Shown one piece after another: positions 10,061-20,074 of a stretch of 64,000 bases of DNA. Position numbers and translations under genes: made by a program. Source of the stretch: an uncultured candidate division Zixibacteria bacterium (lineage in GTDB: Bacteria; Zixibacteria; MSB-5A5; GN15; FEB-12); the NCBI GenBank assembly GCA_963806185.1, contig CAWDXE010000005.1:192001-256000 (forward strand), in the 5' to 3' direction. The first letter of the stretch is position 1. Every line of letters starts with the position of its first letter. The notes under the pieces are model-generated. The model did not search any database, was not told the origin of the DNA, and saw nothing but the letters and a program-made list of their open reading frames with translations.

Positions 10061-11582
10061 GGTGTATCTCCGCCTGCACCGGCAGTGTGATTTCAAAAAC
10101 CGTGCCTCGGTCCGGAGTGGAGGATACGGTAATTGTCCCCGCCTGTGACTGAACTGCTTTGGCCACCGACACCAAGCCGATGCCGTGGCCGCTTTTCTTT
10201 GTGGTGAAGCGCTGCCGGAATACCTTGTCAAGGTGTTCGGCGCTGATGCCGGGCCCATTGTCCTCCACGCGGATGACCACCAGATGTCCCTGCTCCCGGC
10301 ATGCGAGCTGGATGGAAACGGTTTTTATTCCCGCGCGCGTGACGCCCTTGAGGGCCTCGGCGGAATTGAGGAGCAGGTTCAGAACGACTCGACGCACGAG
10401 ATCTTCGACAACAGCCACGGTCCTCGGAAATTCGGGCTCTGCCTTGAGATCAAAGGTAATCTCGGAAAAGAGGCTCTGTGAACGGCAGAAGCGCAGGAGT
10501 GTCCGCACAAGATTAACCAGGTCCACCTGGGAGGCGGAGTCGGTGTGGCGATCGAGCACCATCGCCTCCTCGAGAAAGCTGAGTGCCTCGGTGGTGGTGG
10601 ATTCAATGGCGCTGATCGAATGGGCCGATCGCTCTCTCTGCTCCGGCGTCAGGCGCGTCTGCAGGAGTTGGAAGTGTCCGCTGATGACGGCCAGGTAATT
10701 TTTCACGTCGTGCGCAAGCTCCGCGATGACATCCTGAGTGGCGCCATGCTTCTCAACCGCCAGGATGGTTTCGTTCAGTGCTTGCAGTTCCGATATGTCC
10801 TGACAAAGGACGAGGAACAGAACGCCGGAGTCAGATCCTTCGATGACCGATACCGACGACAACACCGGGAACGAGACCCCTCCGCGTATTCCCGTGACTT
10901 CCACATGTCTGGAATCATCTCGGGACGCATCAGTGAGCGAAAGATGCAGATCGGGAAGAAGGTCCTGGATGGTCACGTCCGAGGCATCGCCGGACAACTC
11001 GAACATACGGCCGGCCGCTCGGTTGAGCCGAAAGATCTCGCCGCTCCGCAGCGCGATCAGCACCGCACTGGGAGATTCCTCGATAAGCCGATCGAGAAAG
11101 AAGTTCAGGGTGGTTAGCTCCGTGTTGGAGGCCGCCAGAGCGCGGTTGCTGTCCTCAAGTTCGAGGATGCGCGTGGAATCGGACTCCCTGAGCTTTCCAC
11201 TCAGACTCCTGAGCACTCGGATAGCAAGGGCGGGCCATTCCTGAATGGCACGCTCAAAATTGGCGCGAGTGAACTCCAGCACCTCACAGTCGGAACGGGC
11301 GATTACGGTGGCAAAGCGCGGTGAGGCCTCGACGATGGCCATTTCGCCCAGAAAATCTCCCGGGCCGCGGGTGGCAATCACGCGAACGTTGTCAGAATGT
11401 TCGACGCGCTTTCTGACGTCAAGAGCACCCTGCAGCACGAGAAGCATGGTGTTCCCGGGCTGTCCCTCGGTGAACAATACTTCCCCCGCCTTATACCTCC
11501 TGGCCAGCGAATATTGGCTCGCCAACTGGAGTAAGAAGAGGTCCAGTGCCGGGTTAGTCGAATTGGGATGAATCAGTGCCAT
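10053..11582 (-). CDS. Cytoplasmic sensor histidine kinase with cyclic-nucleotide-binding and PAS domains
   Basis: GEVLFTEG...GDFLGEMAIVEASPRFATVIA (cNMP cassette); PAS NRAAGRMF; H-box LAHDVKNYL; NLLLNS; DNGPGI; FTTK; GHGIGL. Confidence 0.9.
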   Translation of the reverse strand: MALIHPNSTNPALDLFLLQLASQYSLARRYKAGEVLFTEGQPGNTMLLVLQGALDVRKRVEHSDNVRVIATRGPGDFLGEMAIVEASPRFATVIARSDCEVLEFTRANFERAIQEWPALAIRVLRSLSGKLRESDSTRILELEDSNRALAASNTELTTLNFFLDRLIEESPSAVLIALRSGEIFRLNRAAGRMFELSGDASDVTIQDLLPDLHLSLTDASRDDSRHVEVTGIRGGVSFPVLSSVSVIEGSDSGVLFLVLCQDISELQALNETILAVEKHGATQDVIAELAHDVKNYLAVISGHFQLLQTRLTPEQRERSAHSISAIESTTTEALSFLEEAMVLDRHTDSASQVDLVNLVRTLLRFCRSQSLFSEITFDLKAEPEFPRTVAVVEDLVRRVVLNLLLNSAEALKGVTRAGIKTVSIQLACREQGHLVVIRVEDNGPGISAEHLDKVFRQRFTTKKSGHGIGLVSVAKAVQSQAGTITVSSTPDRGTVFEITLPVQAEIHHA

Positions 11583-11875
11583 CGTTTCCACTGTATCGGA
11601 ATTACTCGCGTTCGGTTGACCGAACCAGCCCCAACTTGACGAACTCAATTCCCCTTGCCGATTGCGGCTTCAACGATGGTCCAAACGGAGATCATTCCTG
11701 CCTTAAATATTGGGGATGGCGGTCAACTGTTTATGGGATTTCCACCCCGAAAATTCCGGAAAAATCTACTGTGCAATCCGTCACCATCCGATCTGTTCAG
11801 AAAACGACGGCCTAACCCACACTGATACTGCAAGTTGCGGGATGTGCACAAAAGGTGTTTCACGCTGAAACAGTC

Positions 11876-11891
11876 GGGCAATTCATTTGCG
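11876..11891 (+). promoter_or_regulatory. Putative sigma54 -24/-12 promoter
   Basis: GGGCAATTCATTTGCG: GG(11877-78)-N10-GC(11889-90) with GGCA and TTGC boxes, 65 nt before the ATG at 11955. Confidence 0.5.
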
Positions 11892-11954
11892 AACATTGAA
11901 TGTCAGAAGACGCAGAATCGTCAGCTAGGCCCGCAAGGCCAGGAAGGAAGAAGC

Positions 11955-12548
11955 ATGAAGCCAAAGTCGAACCAGAGCTGGATAAGCAGATCAGTGCTGT
12001 GCCTGGTGTTGGTCTTCTTCTCATTAACAATATTCACAAGTTGCTCCAAAAACCCAGTCACCTCCAACAACCTCACCGACAACACCCAGTCCACACTGGC
12101 GTTGCTGAATGAGAGCTTCACTGAAGACGGCCCGAGTCTGGCCGCGTCGATTAACTTCGCCAACGCTACTGTCGTCTACGACACTACGATAGTGCAATTG
12201 GTGAATCAGTGGGGCTACCAGATGAATGCCATTCACGGGGCAGAGATCCTCGGCTTCTCTCTGCCGTACATGGCTGTCTCCAAACCGACGACGTTGACCA
12301 TTCATGTGACAGAGTACCGGGCCTCTTTCGGAAAGTTCTGGCTGCTTGATTGTGGGCCGGAAGGACAGACTTTTAAGTACCCCCTCTACGTCCAGGCCAA
12401 CGCGGCTGCCCGTAGCGGCTCCTCATTGGTGCTGTTCTACTACAATCCAGTGACCAAGCAGTGGGAAGTCACTGAGAAGGCAAAGGTCAATTCGGGTTCG
12501 AACCCGCAGGTACCGATCTATCACTTCTCGAAGTATGCCATAAGCTAG
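11955..12548 (+). CDS. Lipoprotein with ZU5-like domain
   Basis: SD AGGAAG; lipobox IFTSC; CGPEGQTFKYPL and C-terminal HFSKYA resemble ZU5-like motifs. Confidence 0.65.
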   Translation: MKPKSNQSWISRSVLCLVLVFFSLTIFTSCSKNPVTSNNLTDNTQSTLALLNESFTEDGPSLAASINFANATVVYDTTIVQLVNQWGYQMNAIHGAEILGFSLPYMAVSKPTTLTIHVTEYRASFGKFWLLDCGPEGQTFKYPLYVQANAAARSGSSLVLFYYNPVTKQWEVTEKAKVNSGSNPQVPIYHFSKYAIS

Positions 12549-12576
12549 TCAGTGCCATTCGATTTGCAGTGCGCCG

Positions 12577-12606
12577 ACCCCGGACGGAATCCGTCCGGGG
12601 TTTCTT
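12577..12606 (+). terminator. Rho-independent terminator
   Basis: ACCCCGGACGG-AAT-CCGTCCGGGGT followed by TTCTT. Confidence 0.8.
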
Positions 12607-12632
12607 ATACTATATCACCTCACCAATCATGA

Positions 12633-12662
12633 TTGACCCCGGCCATCAACAGCACGTACCTT
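12633..12662 (+). promoter_or_regulatory. Putative sigma70 promoter of the nitroreductase
   Basis: TTGACC-N18-TACCTT. Confidence 0.4.
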
Positions 12663-12709
12663 TCATCGAGCGACACAACATGTTCACCGACAGAATAGGA
12701 GTCGAGGTT

Positions 12710-13654
12710 ATGACCGACGATTCTGATGGACTTTCGCATCATGGGGTGGATGATCCGGAACGGGAAGGATACCCCAACGATACCTTGCGGTTGTTGATCG
12801 ACCGCTCAAGTTGCCGGAGTTTCGAGGATCGCGCTATTCCCGAGGACATTCTCTCCCTCGTCCTCGACGCCGGCATACACGCCGCCAGCGGCGGTAATCT
12901 GCAGCCGTACTCAATCATCAGAATCGCCAACCCGGAGACCAAGGCGCGCCTGGCCGCGCTGAATGGGGACCAGATGTTCATCGCCGCGGCGCCAGTGAAT
13001 CTGTTGTTCTGTATCGACTGGCACCGCATCCACCGGTGGACGCAACTCGAACAGGCCCCCTTCTCCGCTGACCATTCTTTCCGCCACTTTTGGATTTCCT
13101 TTCAAGACACGATTATCGCCGCTCAGAACATCTGCACAGCGGCCGACGCACTCGGGTTGGGATCGGTTTATGTCGGTACGGTCCTGGAGTGCTTTCGCGA
13201 AATACGCGACCTGTTGAATCTTCCGAAGGACGTCCTTCCCGTGGTGCTGCTCTCCCTCGGGTATCCCAAATTCCGCCCCGCTCCGAAAAAGAAACTCGGT
13301 CAACGAGCGATCGTACATGAGGAGAAGTATCAGGATCTGTCTGATGACGACCTGCGCGGAGTCTTTGAGGCAAAGTACCCGGGATGGAAGATGGAAACCA
13401 CTGAGAAACGGCTCGAACGGATCGCCGAAGTTTGCCGGGCTGTTCATGGTGCGGCGTTTGCCGACCAGTGTCTGGCGACGATCAATCGCCGGGGACACAT
13501 CAGTGCCGCGCAGAATTATTTCGGCTTGCACTACGTGGCGGACGGTATGCCGCTTGGCAATGACGAGTTCCTGAAGATAATGAAGGAGTTCGGCTTCGGA
13601 TGGTTTGAACGATTTGAGCCGGCGGAAACGCGAAGCAACCGCACCGCGAAGTAG
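12710..13654 (+). CDS. Nitroreductase family (NfsA/FRP-like) flavoprotein
   Basis: RSSCRSF, AASGGNLQPY, DTIIAAQN...ADALGLGSVYVG, LGYP; SD AGGAG/GAGG. Confidence 0.85.
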   Translation: MTDDSDGLSHHGVDDPEREGYPNDTLRLLIDRSSCRSFEDRAIPEDILSLVLDAGIHAASGGNLQPYSIIRIANPETKARLAALNGDQMFIAAAPVNLLFCIDWHRIHRWTQLEQAPFSADHSFRHFWISFQDTIIAAQNICTAADALGLGSVYVGTVLECFREIRDLLNLPKDVLPVVLLSLGYPKFRPAPKKKLGQRAIVHEEKYQDLSDDDLRGVFEAKYPGWKMETTEKRLERIAEVCRAVHGAAFADQCLATINRRGHISAAQNYFGLHYVADGMPLGNDEFLKIMKEFGFGWFERFEPAETRSNRTAK

Positions 13655-13690
13655 CTAGCCGGGTTCATAATCCAATAGCGCCCGTTCCAC

Positions 13691-13722
13691 AAAATAAGCG
13701 GGAGATCAAATGACCTCCCGCT
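13691..13722 (-). terminator. Terminator of the peroxidase/cytochrome-porin operon
   Basis: Minus strand AGCGGGAGGTCA-TT-TGATCTCCCGCT followed by TATTTT. Confidence 0.7.
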
Positions 13723-13752
13723 CATCCGGACCGCGGAAATCAAGTCCCGGAT

Positions 13753-15031
13753 CTAGAAGGCAAAATCGAGCAGCAGCCCAAGTTGATCGTTTCTGGCCTT
13801 GTCCGTCTTCCCTATCTCACGATGCGTGTACTCGGCGTTCAAGGCGACGTTGACAGCGGTCCAATCGCCGAGATAGTACCGTAACAAGACGGAGAACGCA
13901 TTGGTCTTTCGTTCTTCGTCGGATTTGGGCGGAGAGATCCAATTGAAGACGAGCGAGCCGACCAGTCGGTTGTTCATGAGCCCAGCGTAATCAAGCTGAG
14001 CGAAACCGCCGGTATATTTGTAGTTCTCGTGGAGCTCGGCGTCGGTTCCCCTATTGTCGATTCCTTTGTCGTCTGATCCCTGCATGAACATCCCATGCAC
14101 ATTAACAGTCTGCCAGTTCAGACTGACATCGCCACCAATGCGACGAAACGGCTTGTGAGCGTAGCCGTTTCCCTGACCAGCCGGATCAAACGCGGAGTCG
14201 CCCGGCAGCTGTCGGCTGCCATCCAAGATAGCCGAAAAGGCCGATTCGCTGTCCCGCGCTCTGTCCTTCACCGCGACCGAGGACCTGAGCGACACGGAGA
14301 TACAAGTCCTTGGCGCGACTATTGTCGGGGTTGGCGCCGCTGCCGTTGACAATCCCGCAGGCATAGCGAAACCCATTCCTGAAATGTCCAGTCACTTCCA
14401 GCCCCATCTGGTTGTCGTCGAACACAAACTGGTTGGACGGAGTTGTGAAGGTGTATATGTCGTAGGGCTGAATCAGGTAGTATGACCTCTTGCTGCTGAA
14501 TGGATGGTATGCCGGCTCAAACCGTCCGACTCGCAGGTTCACCGCATCCTTGACAAGATTACTGAACACCAGATTGACCGATTCGAGTGCCCGCCGGTTG
14601 GCTCGGGTTGGAACCGTCGGCCGAGCCCGTGTAATCGGCGGCCGGCTCATCAATGCGGGGCGTGTAGATCAGAAGATAGGAGATATTCTTGTGCAGGACT
14701 CCGGCAGACAGCAGGTCAAGTCCGTTCAGCGCAAAACCGGCCGTATTGGCCGTCGTTCGTATGGCTGGACATCAGCCCAAAGCTCGTTCTCAAGAGCCAA
14801 CGGAGGAGCAGTCTCAAACACGTTCTTTTCCAGCCCCTCCTGCCCGGGACTCTGATAGCCGGCAATTCCGAAAGCGCTGGCCGAAGTCGTTCAGTTTGGT
14901 GTAGCCGGTGTGGCACATATTGCAGTTGAAGCCGTACTTACGCGCGAAGGCCGGGATCCCCTGGCTTAGCTGAAGGCACCATAAGTAGTATGCCCGTCAC
15001 GATCGCAAATGATCTCATCGACTCTGCTCAT
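13753..15031 (-). CDS. Cyc2-like fused monoheme cytochrome c and outer-membrane porin (several frameshifts in this sequence)
   Basis: SD AAGGAGG before ATG 15031; hand translation gives GIPAFARKYGFNCNMCHTGYTKLNDFGQRFR..GYQ (CxxCH at 14910-14924); barrel strands NLRVGRFE, FRYACGIVNG; ends LLLDFAF. Confidence 0.75.
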
Positions 15032-15042
15032 GATGACCTCCT

Positions 15043-16116
15043 TCACTTTGGCAGCTCTTCAGGTGGAATCGGCTTCTCATTGGCTACCGACGGATTGGTA
15101 CTGACCATGGCCCTGCTCATGAACGCCACCAGAGCCTCCATCTCCTGGCGTGAAAGCCCCAGCGGAAGCATTAGCGGATCGAGGTTCGCGTCGTTCGAGC
15201 CCACCACCGCGATTGTAGAGACGCACGACATCGAGCAGCGTCTTTTCGGTACCGTTGTGCAGGTACGGGGCGTCGACTCGCCGCATCTCGCACGGTCGGC
15301 GTCTTAAACTTACCTGCATCGAGAGGATCCTTGGTTACGGCCTGACGCCCTTCATCGGGTTTGGCTCCGGAGGCCGGGGCAACGCCAAGATTGTGAAAGC
15401 GACCGTCACTGAAGTATCCGCCCCAGTGGCAGAGCGTGCAGTGTCCCTTGCCGTTGAAAATTTCCAGTCCGCGTTTCTCTTGCTTGGTTAGAGCCGTTTG
15501 GTCGCCACGCACGAACCGATCAAACGGAGAATCAGTGGTTACGATTGTCCGCTCGTAGGCGGCAATTGCTTGAGCAACCATATCGAGCGTGATGGGTGTA
15601 TCACCAAAAACCTTCTTGAACGCGTCAACATATCCGGGGATATTGTCAACCGTGCGTAGCATTACGTCGTGCGTGTTGCCCATTTCGATTGGATTGGCAA
15701 TCGGTCCTTTAGCTTGTTCTTCGAGGCTTGGCGCCCGACCGTCCCAAAACTGCAGGGGGCTGTAGGCGGCGTTTGATACCGGCGGTGCGCGTCTTCCGCC
15801 GCGCTGACTATTTATGCCCGAACTTGTCGGGCCCGCGTCGGACCAACCCATCGCTGGACTGTGACAGGTGGCGCAACTGATTGTATTGTCCTTGGATAGC
15901 CGGGTGTCGAAGTACAGTTGCTTTCCCAGCAGTACCTTTGCGTCTGTCTGGAGATTGTTGTCCGGCACCATCACCGGCGGCAGATTACCGAGTCGTTCCG
16001 GTCCCAGCGAATGGCTGCTCACTGTAATGAGAGCTGGTGGTGAGATTGTCGGCGGCGAAGAGGAATGAGCCGGCCAACACTCCCCCTACGAAGAGCAAAG
16101 CGGCGAGTCTTCGCAT
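15043..16116 (-). CDS. ccp: Diheme cytochrome c peroxidase (CCP/MauG family), frameshifted near 16020, 15280 and 15200
   Basis: SD AAGGAGA and signal peptide; LGKQLYFDTRLS, SCATCH, QFWDGRA, GPIANPIEM, CTLCH, FKTPTVR, APYLHNG, LVAFM. Confidence 0.85.
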
Positions 16117-16193
16117 GTAATCTCCTTCTGTCCCGAATTTCTCAATCACCCGATCATTAGTCGAGATTGTGGCTCGCACCGTCCACTTACAAA

Positions 16194-16222
16194 AATGTCC
16201 GCATTACCGCATGTGATGTCAA
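16194..16222 (-). promoter_or_regulatory. Putative sigma70 promoter of the peroxidase operon
   Basis: TTGACA-N17-GACATT on the minus strand. Confidence 0.4.
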
Positions 16223-16530
16223 CTGAAATCTCTGCCCCGAGGCTATCTGATCGGCCACACACGTATCGAAGATGGAATAATGTAAGTCACGGCCCTGATT
16301 GCGGTCCGGTGTACTTCGTGGACGCCGTTACGGCGGATGTGAACAGATGAGGGCGAAGATCGGAAGGACACTTCCTCCGGCGCCTCCACAATATCTTGAA
16401 CTCAAAAGGGCAGAATAGAGAGTGTCCCGGATGAACGGCTGTTCGGCCCGGGACATGGAAATCCAGTAGGTACGTGATCGGCGGTGCATCTTACCCCGCG
16501 GCCACGGCGGGGGCACTCGTGGACAGCCGA

Positions 16531-19086
16531 CTAGGCCGTAACGGGATCTCTGCGTTTTCTTAGGACCTTCAACACCTCGAACCATACGATGCTGATTCCG
16601 GCGGCCAGCCCGCATATCAACAGGTCTACGGAGTGAAGGATCGAGAAACGAAACATGCTTCTCAGAAACGGCACATACAGGATCAAGAGTACAAAGATGC
16701 ACGTGCCGCCCAGCACCCACAAAAGGGCCGCATTGGGCGAGCGCAGCGTCCCCCAGATGGTGCGAGTCCAGGAACGGTTGGCAAGAATCAACGCGAGATT
16801 GGAAAGAATGAGCGTCATCACCGTCAGGGCGCGGACCTCATTCTCAGCACGGCCGAGGCCGCGCGCCGTCATGTAGACCAGCAACACGACCACCAGAGAT
16901 GACAGGCCCTGCAAAACACTTATTATAATGACACCCTTACCGAAAAGCGGCTCATCGGGTTTGCGGGGGGGGCGCCGCATGACATTACTCTCCTCAACCT
17001 CGGCTTCGAATACGACGGAACAGGCCGGATCGATAATCAATTCGAGAAACACGATGTGCACCGGTAAGAGTACCAGCGGCCATTGCATGACCACCGGGAT
17101 AAACGACAGGCCGGCGATCGGGACGTGGACAGCGACGATATAGGCCATTGCCTTCTTGATATTGTCGAAGATTCGCCTGCCGAGTCGCACGGCGCCGACA
17201 ATGGACGAGAAATCGTCATCCAGGAGAACCAGCGATGACGACTCTCGAGCGACGTCGGTCCCGCGGCCGCCCATGGCTATGCCGATATGTGCGGCCTTCA
17301 GCGCCGGGGCATCATTGACGCCGTCGCCCGTCATGGCCACGACATCCCCATTCGCTTTCAGCGCGTTCACGAGACGCAACTTCTGTTCCGGCACAACCCG
17401 GGCAAAGATATCGACATCCCGTATGCGCGCCTGAAGATCCGGGTCGGACATCCTTTCCAGTTCCGCGCCGGTGATGAACTGATCGACGGAGGTCAGGCCG
17501 ATCTGTCGAGCGATACTCTGTGCCGTGCCCGGATAGTCTCCGGTTATCATCACGACCCGGATACCGGCCGTATAACATTCCTTAATGGCCGCAGGGACGG
17601 TCGACCGAATCGGGTCGGCGAGGCCGACCAGCCCCAGAAACGAGAAAACAAAATCGTGTTGTATCTCGGGCAGTGACTGGCTGTTGAAACTCGATCTGGC
17701 AACACCCAGAACCCGCAGCCCCTGATCGGCCAGTTCGCTCACTTTCTGATTGAGTTCACTCTGCCGCTCCCGCGACAGGTGACAGAGATCGAAAATCGCC
17801 TCTGGCGCGCCCTTGGCGGCGATGACGAAATCCTGCCCCCCCGGCGATTGCCACACATGCGACAGCGCCAGCAGATCCTTGGAAAGTGGGTATTCCTGCA
17901 CCAGGTGCCAGTCGCCGTGAAGATGTTCCGTACCCGGGAGATACTCATCCCCCAGTTGCTTGAAGGCCCGTTCCATGGGATCGAACGGATCCCGTTTGCT
18001 GGCAAGAATGCTGTACTCCACGATCGAATGAAACGTTTCAGGCAGACCGCTATCGACGGCCTTCTCTACGTCAAAGAATTCTTCATCGACGACGATGCTC
18101 TTCACCGTCATGCGGTTTTGCGTCAAGGTGCCGGTTTTGTCAACACACAGCACCGTGGCGGCACCAAGGGTCTCAACCGCTGGGACATGGCGGGTGAGCA
18201 CCTGTTTCTGGGAGAGTCGCCACGCCCCCAGGGCCAGGAAGATGGTCAGCACCACGGGAAATTCCTCGGGCAGGGTGGCCATCGCCAGCGTGATTCCCGC
18301 GAGGAATCCATGCAACCAGTCATGACGCGTCAGACCGTAGACTACGATGACCAGAGCGCAGAGCGAGACTCCGACAATAGCCAGATTCCTGACCAAACGG
18401 CCGGTCTCTATTTGCAGGGGCGTGCTGCGCGTCTCCACCGATGCGAGTGCTTTGCCGATCTTACCGATTTCCGTCCCGAGTCCGATGGCATGGACCTCCG
18501 CCACACCCTGACCCTGGACCACCATCGTACCGGAATAGACAAACGGAAGGTCGTCTCCGCCGGGCGGCAGCGAACTGCTCTGACCATCCCAGACCGTTTT
18601 TCGCACCGCTACGGATTCGCCGGTCAACAAGGACTCATCAGCGGAAAGGTTGATGCACGAGATCAGTGAAGCGTCGGCAGGCACGCGATCCCCCTCGTGA
18701 AGCACGACGATGTCTCCCCGGACGACGTCTCGACCGGCGATACGTTGTTGCTCTCCGCCGCGAATGACCAGAGCGCGCGGGCTTGCCAGGTCACGCAGGG
18801 CCTCAATCGCCCGCTCGGACTTGCGTTCTTGATACAGGGTAATGCTCATGACCACAATCACGAATCCGAGGAGCATGATGGCCTCGCGAACGTCACCCAG
18901 AATCAGGTAAAGCGTGCCACACGCTACCAGCAGAAGAAACATCGGCTCGCGGAAGACGCCGAGTGCGATCGCAAGGAGGCTTCGCCTGCGACTTGCAGGC
19001 AGCTCATTGTAGCCGTCGGTCCGAAGACGCAGCGATGCCTCGTCGTCAGACAATCCTTGAATTGTGCTGAGGTCAAGATCGGACAT
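16531..19086 (-). CDS. Cation-transporting P-type ATPase (P2A, Ca2+-like)
   Basis: LTGES, LPEEFP, DKTGTLT, KGAPE, MITGD, GDGVNDAPALK. Confidence 0.93.
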   Translation of the reverse strand: MSDLDLSTIQGLSDDEASLRLRTDGYNELPASRRRSLLAIALGVFREPMFLLLVACGTLYLILGDVREAIMLLGFVIVVMSITLYQERKSERAIEALRDLASPRALVIRGGEQQRIAGRDVVRGDIVVLHEGDRVPADASLISCINLSADESLLTGESVAVRKTVWDGQSSSLPPGGDDLPFVYSGTMVVQGQGVAEVHAIGLGTEIGKIGKALASVETRSTPLQIETGRLVRNLAIVGVSLCALVIVVYGLTRHDWLHGFLAGITLAMATLPEEFPVVLTIFLALGAWRLSQKQVLTRHVPAVETLGAATVLCVDKTGTLTQNRMTVKSIVVDEEFFDVEKAVDSGLPETFHSIVEYSILASKRDPFDPMERAFKQLGDEYLPGTEHLHGDWHLVQEYPLSKDLLALSHVWQSPGGQDFVIAAKGAPEAIFDLCHLSRERQSELNQKVSELADQGLRVLGVARSSFNSQSLPEIQHDFVFSFLGLVGLADPIRSTVPAAIKECYTAGIRVVMITGDYPGTAQSIARQIGLTSVDQFITGAELERMSDPDLQARIRDVDIFARVVPEQKLRLVNALKANGDVVAMTGDGVNDAPALKAAHIGIAMGGRGTDVARESSSLVLLDDDFSSIVGAVRLGRRIFDNIKKAMAYIVAVHVPIAGLSFIPVVMQWPLVLLPVHIVFLELIIDPACSVVFEAEVEESNVMRRPPRKPDEPLFGKGVIIISVLQGLSSLVVVLLVYMTARGLGRAENEVRALTVMTLILSNLALILANRSWTRTIWGTLRSPNAALLWVLGGTCIFVLLILYVPFLRSMFRFSILHSVDLLICGLAAGISIVWFEVLKVLRKRRDPVTA

Positions 19087-19562
19087 AGTCGATATCTGAA
19101 GCGGGCCTCTACCAAGTCGTTATTGTGGCTTCCCTATCCGTTCACCGAGGCCGGTCGCGTTGGCCGATGAACGCAAAAACCAATTATCCGAAAAAATCAG
19201 CCGAAGTCAAGATGGTGGTTTTCATACTACATTATGTGCCCGGATGTGCCCGGTCGTCGGAATCCCACGCTATGTGGCTTTGGCGCAGGCGTTTGGCAGG
19301 TTACGGATCGCACCGAATTCTCAAAAATAGACCGGAAAACTCAAATATAAACGTAGGTTTTCGCTCAACCATCCGATATACTGGAGAGTTAATATTGATT
19401 TGAGCTCTTTGTTTTTCGTAGTCTTGTTCTAATCCACAACTCTCCGCTAAAGCTTAAACTCGAATTGATCGCGCAATTTTGCGCAATGTACACGCTGAAT
19501 TGAGATGACCGGCTTCGCTGTGAAGCTCGCAAATCTCAGGTTCAGCAAGTGAGGAGTGTAGA

Positions 19563-19850
19563 ATGAACATCTACGTAGGCAACATGTCGTACGACACGAC
19601 CGAAGATCAACTGCGCCAGGCCTTTCAGGGCTTTGGTGAAGTATCGACCATCAAGATCATCACCGACCGCGAAAGCGGCCAGCCGAAAGGGTTTGCGTTT
19701 GTCGAAATGCCGGCAGCGCACGAAGCCAACGCGGCAATCGGTAGCCTTAACGGTCGCGAGATCAATGGACGCGCGCTGAACGTCAATCAGGCGAAACCGC
19801 GCGAAGAGAGCGGCAGCCGTAATGGCGGCGGCTCGCGCCGGTCGTACTAA
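19563..19850 (+). CDS. RRM-domain RNA-binding protein (RbpA-like)
   Basis: RNP2 IYVGNM, RNP1 KGFAFVEM, Gly/Arg tail; SD GAGGAG. Confidence 0.93.
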   Translation: MNIYVGNMSYDTTEDQLRQAFQGFGEVSTIKIITDRESGQPKGFAFVEMPAAHEANAAIGSLNGREINGRALNVNQAKPREESGSRNGGGSRRSY

Positions 19851-19899
19851 TCACGACGATCTAAGATCCGTGGCCGCAAGGCCGCAGGATTAATTGCAG

Positions 19900-19932
19900 A
19901 AGGACCGGTCATTGACCGGTCCTTTCTTGTTT
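19900..19932 (+). terminator. Rho-independent terminator
   Basis: AAGGACCGGTC-ATT-GACCGGTCCTT then TCTTGTTT; preceded by a GCAA-loop hairpin at 19866-19890. Confidence 0.8.
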
Positions 19933-20074
19933 CTGGAATATCAGAATGCTTCTGCTCTTCGCGAGGGCCACTTCCCTCGTTCCCTGAAACAAAAGACCAG
20001 CCGATTCGTACGTTATTTCATTTGGTAGTGCGTATCAGATGAGTCGGTGCATCAATCTACCCTCGGGAGTTCGG

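Noticed and set aside
11876..11945. Resemblance to a c-di-GMP-I (GEMM) riboswitch (GGCAA...GACGCA...GCAA loop)
   Set aside because: No GAAA-capped P2 stem or closing P1; the same bases fit a sigma54 promoter better
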